DNA from: Amoebidium appalachense
Taxonomy: Eukaryota; Protista; Ichthyosporea
Direction: 5' to 3'
Length of the DNA: 64,000 bases
Assembly (NCBI GenBank): GCA_963693365.1
Contig: CAVNZM010000009.1
Location: 3,226,231-3,290,230 of the forward strand
Shown: in pieces, positions 50,496 to 64,000 of the stretch
How the letters are laid out: each line of letters begins with the position of its first letter
Position numbering within the stretch: position 1 is the first letter of the stretch
Made by a program: the position numbers and the translations under genes
Notes under the pieces: model-generated
The model's database searches: none
What the model saw: only the letters and a program-made list of their open reading frames with translations
What the model was told of the DNA's origin: nothing

Positions 50496-51424
50496 AAAAA
50501 AAAAAAAGGAAAAGAAAACCTTATGTCTGTCTCCTTTAACCCACCACACCAACACCAACCTACACGTATCCTGCCGTCCCACACACCACACACACACACA
50601 CACACGCACACACACACATGCACATGCACACTTACACATGCACACACCTGGGATCTATGGCGATGCTCTCTGGTGTAATGCCGCAGTGCGCATATCCCTC
50701 CCTGTGCAACCTCTCCAGCACACCTGCCACCTGCCTGAGCACACACAGCGCCCTCAACTCCTCGACCCCCTGTCCGTCACTGAAAAGATTCGACAATGGC
50801 ACCGACCCTGGGGGGCAGTAATCGAACACCATGTGCACAGATGTGGCGTCTTCATAGGCCGTTTGCAAGTTGAGAATGTTGCGTTGTCCCTTTAGAAGAG
50901 TCAGAATTTCAATCTCCCGAACGAGGGAGACGGCGGTAGCACGGGTGAGGCTGCATTTTGCGACTTGGCGCACCAATACCTCCTTGTCCTGCAAAAAGTG
51001 AAAAGAAGAAACAACGGAAAAATCAGCATCCGTCCCCGAACATCAGTACCCTCCCCCCCCCCCCTCTCTCTCTCTTTCTCTTTTTTTTTTTAGGGAAAAA
51101 AGGGAAGTCGAAGCTCATTGTGTTAACATGCATCTCATCACCCGTATACACAATCACAAATCTGTACGCATTCACCAACAAAGATAGAGGCGTGCCAAAA
51201 AGCAAGGACCATATACCAACACCGAAACACTTTTCCTGAACGCAGTACAACAGAAAGGTAAGAAGGTAATCAATAGCTGCCCGAAAAAACATCAGATCCA
51301 CAAACAGGCAACACCTAGAATCAACAACAAGAATCCGACACATACAATCACGACATACCCCACGTGTTTCCTTCCTGCAGTCAAGCACCTCGTAGTCATC
51401 TTCGGTGCAGACACTTTCCCTCAT
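49072..51424 (-). CDS. CAMK/SNF1-like protein kinase fold, predicted pseudokinase
   Basis: Exons ~51424-51359, 50988-50648, 50315-50134, 49340-49072 (N-terminus uncertain). Retains REIEIL, NILNL, MVFDYC, APE, DIWALG and [12 protein letters not shown]. Catalytic motifs are degenerate. Confidence 0.85.
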
Positions 51425-51795
51425 GAGGCTCTGTGGCAAATCCTTTGTTAACAAACATGCACCTTGCAATTTGTGTCTATGGTGTGTGCGTGTGAGTGCG
51501 AGAGCGAGTGTGAGTGAGCGAGTGAGTGAGAGAGAGTGTGTGAGTGAGTGTGAAAGTTTGCGCACAAACTTGCTGCGCGTGTGTGGACCTAGCACGCAAC
51601 AATACAATTGCCTGCTCAGAACTCTATTGTTCTGAAGCTCCCTTGCTATCAAGTTTATAAACGACTGTGTGCACAAGCAATGTTCAAGGTGAATATAAGC
51701 AGCACTCTCGCAAAAAAATTAGTGCGCCATGGAGAATGAAGAGAAGAAGGCAGTGGCTCACCAAGCGGGAGTCAGGGAGGGGGGCATATAATGGG

Positions 51796-51837
<42 letters not shown>

Positions 51838-52985
51838 GGAAGGGTGGCAACCAAGGCGTTTGATAGAGTACTTCGATTCAAATAAAGGATGTTCCAAGAG
51901 CAATCAATGGCCAAAAAACACGAGAATCGATAACCCCTTTACTTTAAGAGCACGGCACAACTTGTGCATAGCAACGCTTGTGCATCTGGTAAAAGTGCAA
52001 GTAGTGAAAGTGCAATTAGTGAAAACAGCAAGAAGCAAAAAACCCTGTAAAGCCCCACCAAACAACCTACAAATGCTCACCTCATCCACGTAGTAGAGGC
52101 TATCCATGTTGCTTTGCTGCTAAAGATCGCACCTTGGCATTTATTGCTAACTTTGGTTAGAAGATGTGAACGCAAAACCCTGTGATGTTAAACGTATACA
52201 AAAGATGGAATGGAACATGAATTCAACACTCCAATGCCTATTTTAAAAGAGCAGAAAGATGAGATAAGCAAGTAGGTGCTAATTATTTAAGAGCAAAGAA
52301 GTCCAGAGGTTTCAAAGATTAAAAGTCAACCTCGGATTGAACATTGAAGCACGAATGGAGAAGACGCTACCTGCAAACCAACACACCTTGTTTGAGAGCG
52401 ACCATGAAAAACCTGAAAAGTGCAGAAGGTGAATCTCGTTTTTATACCTGAACCATGAGAACTGCAGGCAGCGTTTCATTGGTCCAGATTCCATCACCAA
52501 AAGCTGTTGGTTCTTTAAAAACCATTAAACTTTGTTAAAACGAGAAATTTGATTACAAAAGGTCTATAAAACAAATTAAAAACTGTTTCATATGCAAAGT
52601 CATAGATGCCAGAAGCAGTCATTTGAGATGCGTTGTAGACTAAGACCCTTCGGGTTGCAAATTCATTAGTCTTCCATGCTCAGTGTTCGATTTCGCAGCT
52701 GAATTATGTGCACGTGTTTTTCAAACCCTCTCGTTTCGTTGATTATTGAATTCTTCAGAGAGATTATCTCTATTTCTCTCTAACATCTTTTGTAATATAG
52801 CAGCATGTTTATAGTTGATAAGGTTTGGCTGTGAAGCTCAGCATAGTTATTAGATCTTCCTTACACTCGCCTTGCCTCGCTTTTGACTTACCAGGGGCAC
52901 ATAGGTTGTAAGATTTTGCTTTGTTGCTGTGTGCTTCTAATAGGTAACATAGTAAGGACTGCCTGCGCGCAGGAGATTCGGCAAG

Positions 52986-58076
<5,091 letters not shown>

Positions 58077-58669
58077 GTATAGTTATGTTTGTGGAAATGT
58101 TGTTTTGTTAACCTGAAAGTGTATTCATTATACCGATGATCACCTGAAAAAATGTGGAATTGTAGTGGGAGACCTTTTTTACCTTTTTCTCTTCCTTTTT
58201 TTTCCTTTGCTTTCTTTTATTCCCTTTGGGAATTAGAGTAATGAAAAGGATATGGCTTTTTCTGTCGCTTTTTTGTTTGTGTATGCGTAAGCAGGGTGGG
58301 TGGGTGGGGGGTGGGTAGGTGGGTGGTGGTTGTTGTTGTGTGCGTATGTGTGTGTGTGTGTGTGTGTGTGTGGGAGGGGTGGGGGGGGGGGGGGGGGGGG
58401 GGGGGGTGCGGGGGGGGGGGGGGGGGGGGGGGGGGGGAGGCACTTTTTATACGGATATTTGGGTTATGTACGAATGGCGAAGTGGGGCTCGGGTAGCTTC
58501 ATACACGATAAAATCACGAGCAAGATAGTCTTGTGGGCAGTTAGGAAAATACTGCCCTATCCCCATACAACCAATATTATACGCAGTACATCTGCATATG
58601 CAAGCCATGTATACGTAGGGATCGATCGAGTGCAGGGTAATCATACTAAAACAGTCTGGGCAAGTTGGC

Positions 58670-58717
<48 letters not shown>

Positions 58718-58996
58718 GTTGTTTGTATGCATCTCCCCATAGAAGTTTGCGGTTCGAGGTGTATATATGTTCGTTTACCTTAGCCCCCCGCCTCTCATAT
58801 CCACACACAAACTCACACACAAGCACACGCACACACACACGCGCACACACATGTACACCCACACATGGCCACCCACCCACCCACACACGTGCACACACGT
58901 GCGTACACCCGGTGAAACACGCCCGTACTGTACCCACAAAAGTACCCATGCAAACGAACATGTACCCACACACATGTGCACACACAATACGTTAAC

Positions 58997-59098
<102 letters not shown>

Positions 59099-59828
59099 TA
59101 CTAACCCCCCTCCCCCAACATACAAAAAAAAACACAGACACAGGGTGCGTGCGCCAGAAATGCGTAGCCGCTTATCACATTTCCGCCAATCGGAACGTAC
59201 GGATTTAGTTTTGGCGCGCAACTGTTTTCCGGATAAAAAATCCGACGGAAGACCATGGCCCTCTGAACACACGGAAGACCAGTGCACTGCTAAGGGCAGG
59301 TTGCAAGGTTTACGAAGTTTGGAAGGAGCTCTCGAGAGGTGTTATGAAGTGAATGAGATGGAAAGAGTTTTTAACTCATATCGGGTCAGGACTTAGCTAC
59401 ACATCAGCGGTGTGCCCCGTAGTTCTATTGGGTTTAGCTGCCTTTGAAGGGCACTTACACATCCAGAGAAGGAGTAAAGGGCTTGGAAAGTAGTGTGATA
59501 ACTTTTACCAAGGGGTCAGTTATCAATCTGAGATCATAAGTTAGCTAGGGTTTCTTGATAACTTGAAGGGGAAGATCAGTGTTATCTTTTCCTTAAGATA
59601 GCTGTATGACGCGTATGGCATCTGGGCAAAATTGAACACACACCTGAAAAGGACGGGCTGGATCCCCTAAGCCCACACACCACTTGTGTCGGGGGAAACC
59701 CCCCCGAGGGGTGGGCCACTGAAACGTTGCATAGCACACACGTGCACCAGAAAAAGCAATATACACCCATAGACATGAAGAAGAAAGATACACTTTGATT
59801 TGCACAGATCCGTCACTACAACATCATC

Positions 59829-60543
59829 ATGGTCATCAAAAAACTTGTATTCATTTCTGCTCTCTCTCTGAGCGGAATCACGCTGGCCTATGGGGATGAC
59901 TCTGAAGCCCAAATCACCGTGGACCACTTTCAAGATGACATGATTAATGCCATTAGACAACTGGATAAAAGTGGGTGCAGTATACACGTGCTTCCTAAGC
60001 TCTCCTCCCCCTGTTTGATAACGTGCTTTTCTCGGATGTGATGATGATCCAAGTCAATGTGGGCTGCAAGCATATCCCCACCGTTCCTTTGTTAAGCTTT
60101 GTTTGTACTGCCTGTGTCAGAAGTATTGCATCAGGATAAACGGTATTTTTACTCTAGCATGATATGCTTGTTTAATGGTTGGGGTTTTTGCTGTTTGTTT
60201 TGTGATGATGATCACTTTGTGTTAGAGTTCAAGGGCACGAATTTAGAGGAGACAAAAGTTATGTGGTTGAAACAAGACAATTCTTCCCTTTTTGTATCAA
60301 GAAAAGCGAGGTTTGGCGCTTAGGGGCATGACGGGTCCACAATTTCATCAAGCACCCCAAAAAGCCCACATACAATCACCGACAACAAGTGCAGGGGTTT
60401 GTCTTCTTTGGGGGGAGTTGATTGCTGCTGCATTCGTCTGCCTTTTTACTGCTCTGCCTTTAGCACTTTCAAGTGCCCTCGAGATTGTTCACCACCGGGA
60501 CCAATACAACATGCATCACCTGTTTGCTGATGCTTTTTTGTCT

Positions 60544-60607
<64 letters not shown>

Positions 60608-61202
60608 CGGGACCCCATGCTCCCATCTTCGCATTTTTTTTTCTGTGTGCAGTGCCGTGTGGCACGCATGTAGACTACTGGTCAACATCGTGTGGGGCCA
60701 TTGCATCTGCCACATCCAGACAGTGCTCGTGGGGGGGCCTTAGGATAAATCCCTCGTCGTGCAATACGCATTTCGGTAAGTCATGCAGATGTTCTGAAAT
60801 ATGTGAGGGAAAAAAAGCGGCTTAGACTTCTGGCCAGGTGTTTCTGATGAGAGACGGGTTTGGGGGAGAGGAGGAGGGGTGGGAGGGGGGGGAGAGGGGA
60901 GGGGGGAGGAGAGAGGGGAGGAGGGGGAGGGGCGGGGGGGGGGGGGGGGGGGGGGGGAGGGGAGGTGTGAGATAGGAGGACCCAAGAGGATGGAGGGGGA
61001 TCGGATGGGGGGGAGGGGGGGGGGGGGGGGGGGGGAGAGAAGACAGAGAGAGAGAGACCTGTAGCAGGAGTGAACGTAAACCTGGGGCTGATTGGTGGTT
61101 GAAACGGAAAGAGCAGGAAGCTAGACTGGGCAAGAAAAAGACTTTTCCTCTTTTCTTTTCTTGTCTTTTTTTTTTTTTTCTATTTTATTTTATTTTATTT
61201 TA

Positions 61203-61237
<35 letters not shown>

Positions 61238-63138
61238 TTCTTAAAGGGGGATTGCTTGAAAACGAAGGGGCCATCAACACCAAGCAGAAATACGAGGGTT
61301 AAGCATGAGACAAGGGGGGCAGCAGATTATTATTATTATTATTATTATTTTTATTTTTTTGGGGGGGGGGGGGGGGGGGGGGGGCGCGGTTGGTGGGTGG
61401 GGTTGGGATGGGGTTTGGTCGGGGGGGAGGCATGGGGGGGTGGGGGAAGGGGGTGGGGGGGCTGGGAATGAAAAGCAAGTTGTTTACAATATAGGCTAAC
61501 AGGACTAACATTACTCCATTTATTTTTGGTGAGAAGTCAGGCTAACAGGACTACTGGAACACAGCACTCCGCTGCAGTTGGTTAGAAATCAAGCTGATAG
61601 GAGTAATGAGACACAGAAGCCCACCCAAGCCGGTGATTACTTGCGCTAACATGACTGTTGGAACACATAATTTTTCGATAAATTAGGCTATACTGGAACA
61701 CAGAGTTCTACCCAAGCCGTTGATCATCTATACTAAGAGGATTGCTAGAATGCACGAACCCCTCTTAGACTGGTGATAACTATTGGAACACAGAGTTCCA
61801 CCCAAGTTTGTGAGAACACAGGCTAACAGGACGACTGGAACACAGAGCCCCACTCTCGCGGGTGTGGGTTTGCAATGCTTGGGTGCCAGTCGGAGTGCCG
61901 GCTTCCCGTGCGTGCGTGCGACTCTGGCTTTGTTGGTTTTGCTGCATCAACGTGCGCAGTTTCAGGTGGAGTTGAACTTTGCACTCTTCAAATTGTTTTT
62001 AGGTGGCTTCTCCTGTTGGTAAAAGGTTTTCTATTTTTTTAAGGCTATGGTGTGGGCGAGGCTGAGGGTGATGGCTGTAGTACCATCACTCTCAGCCCCC
62101 CCCACACCATTGCCTTACATAACCCTTTGGCAGCGATTTTTTCTTTTATCTTTTCTTTTCTTTCCTTTTCTTTTTTTTTGGGGGGGGGGGGTGGATGGGG
62201 GGAGGGGGGGGGGGGGAGAGAAGGAGGGTGGGGAGGATGGAGGGGGGAATGGGTGGAAAATGGAATTTGCAGAAGTGTGTGGGTGTGTGAGTGAGTGAGG
62301 ACGGGCAGGTGGGTGGGAAAGAATGGAGGGGTGAGGGGGAGATGGGGGGCGGGAGGGGGGGAGGGGAGGGGGGATGGGGGAGGGATTCTTCAGAGAGGAG
62401 CTAGAATCCTAGACACGAAGGTAAACCGAACCCCGGGGGAAGGAAGGTTTGGGGGGGGGGGGGGGGGGGGGGGGGAGGAGGCCGAGGAGGGAGAGGACTC
62501 GGGGGGGGGGGGGGGGGGGGGAGAGGAAGGGGAATAAGCAAGGCGAATCATGGCTTTAAGTTTCTAGCCCAAATCGCCGGACTTCCCCCTCCAAACATTC
62601 AACAAACCACGATTGACAAAATGCATTGTTCTGTTGCTAAAGCGCACACAACCTCCTGTACAGATGCAGAGACGAGCGTGGAGGTGCATGTACTGAGGAC
62701 ACATGGGAGAGATGGGAATGTGTCCGTGCAGGTGGGAAATGCAAACACCAGAAAGAAAATAGAATGGAAGAGGTAGGGAGAGAGAGGGGGAGGGGGGGGG
62801 GGGGGAGGGGGAGGGGGCAGAGGGTGGGGGGGGGAGGCAGGAAGGGATTGTGGGGGGGAAGAAGGATTGGAGAAGAGAGGGAGGGAGGGAGCGAGAGAGA
62901 GGGGGAGAGAGAGAGAAAGGGAGCAAGATAGAGAGAGAGAGAGAAAGAGACAGTACGGCAGCCCAACCCCGCAAAGGTAGGGGGGATGGGGGGGGGGGGG
63001 GGGGGGGGGGGAAAGGAGTGGAAACGGGGAAGGAACGAATGCTGAGTGATGTAAAAAATTTGACTGGCCACACGGTCTGTCTGTCTGTGTAGCAGTTGCA
63101 CTCCCTGCATTAGCCAGAGTCTATTATGTTGATTGAAA

Positions 63139-63176
<38 letters not shown>

Positions 63177-63461
63177 ACCACCACCACCACACACACACAC
63201 ACACACACACTACACACACACACCAGACCTCCCCCCGGATATCTCCGTCGAACATTTTTTGTCGCATCGTTTATGACATCTGACTCCCATTATGTTCATG
63301 CCAGCTTGCTGCAAATGTCGGGAAATATGATGCCGGTTTTTGGACTGACATGCAGCATGGGTTGCATCAGGTCGGGGTGTGCAACTCAACAGAAGGCATG
63401 GCTACGGTTAGCTGGGGGGACGCTGATACGTCGGTGAAATCTGTCAGAGTTAACTTCCCAG
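59829..63461 (+). CDS. Secreted or cell-surface protein with a Calx-beta-like domain (5' part, continues beyond window)
   Basis: Exons 59829-59970, 60653-60775, 62664-62731, 63305-63461 join in phase. Signal peptide MVIKKLVFISALSLSGITLA, then VEVHVLRTHGRDGNVSVQ ... TVSWGDADTSVKSVRVNF, a Calx-beta pattern. Confidence 0.7.
61490..61855. repeat. Degenerate intronic minisatellite
   Basis: Recurring AGGCTAACAGGAC.ACTGGAACACAG and ACCCAAGCCG.TGAT blocks with irregular spacing. Confidence 0.7.
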
Positions 63462-64000
63462 GTAGGGGGAGGGGCAAAAAAAAGAAAAGAAAAGAAAAGG
63501 AAAGAAAAGAAGCCTTCACTTTTTTTTCTTTCTTTTTTCTCTTTTCTCTTTTTTTTTCTTTTTTTCTGTTATTTTTTTCGTTTGTTGTTGGCAACCGTTG
63601 TGAGTGCTAAACTTCCGGGATAGTAGCTTTTCCTTGTTCTGTGTGAACCTGAGTACGGTGAGGGGGAGGGGGTTGGAAAGGGGAAGGGGGGGGGGGGGGA
63701 GGGGGGAGGGGAGGGGGAGAGGGAGAGGAAGGGGGGGGGGGGAGGGGAGGGGGCGGATGGCAGGTTTTCCTGGGTGCCTGGGGTAAGGGAGGGTGTGGGG
63801 GAGGGAATAGGGGCAAGGGGGGCTGGGAAGGGATTGGAGGGGGAAAAGGAGGTGGGGAGGGGAGGGGAATGGGGGGAAGGAGGGATGGGTGTGGGATTAG
63901 AGGGGCGGGGAGGGGGGGGGGGGGGGGGGGCTAGGCAAGGGGAGGGACCTGTGTGATTGGTAAGCGTAGCCATTGGGGAGGGGGGGGGGAGGGGGGGGGG

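Noticed and set aside
61490-61855. CRISPR-like spaced repeats
   Set aside because: Repeats are degenerate, spacing is irregular and the intervening sequences resemble each other.

Overview
Eukaryotic genomic DNA with spliceosomal GT-AG introns, saturated with (CA)n/(GT)n, (GA)n and poly-C/poly-G tracts. Nearly all ORF-track entries are microsatellite artefacts. Hand-assembled genes: an intronless secreted prepropeptide-like gene (12.7-13.6 kb, -), a ~22-exon, ~2400-aa coiled-coil gene with an AKAP9/pericentrin/golgin-type N-terminal motif (20.9-44.8 kb, +) carrying an intronic tRNA-Leu(AAG), a CAMK-like pseudokinase (49-51.4 kb, -), a small basic Alb1-like gene (53-58 kb, +) and the 5' part of a secreted Calx-beta protein gene (59.8 kb onward, +). 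Mobile DNA: a young non-autonomous Ty3/gypsy LTR element, a PIF/Harbinger MITE, a TA-flanked MITE and a LINE 3' remnant. The most striking signal is a short dispersed element with about 12 copies, all on +, mostly 5'-truncated and ending at C-runs. Its three long copies show a covarying multi-helix RNA fold with palindromic loops and hammerhead core motifs (GUU, GAAAC, CUGANGA) in an order matching none of hammerhead types I/II/III. Gene models and structures are manual predictions, and the organism cannot be identified from this window.
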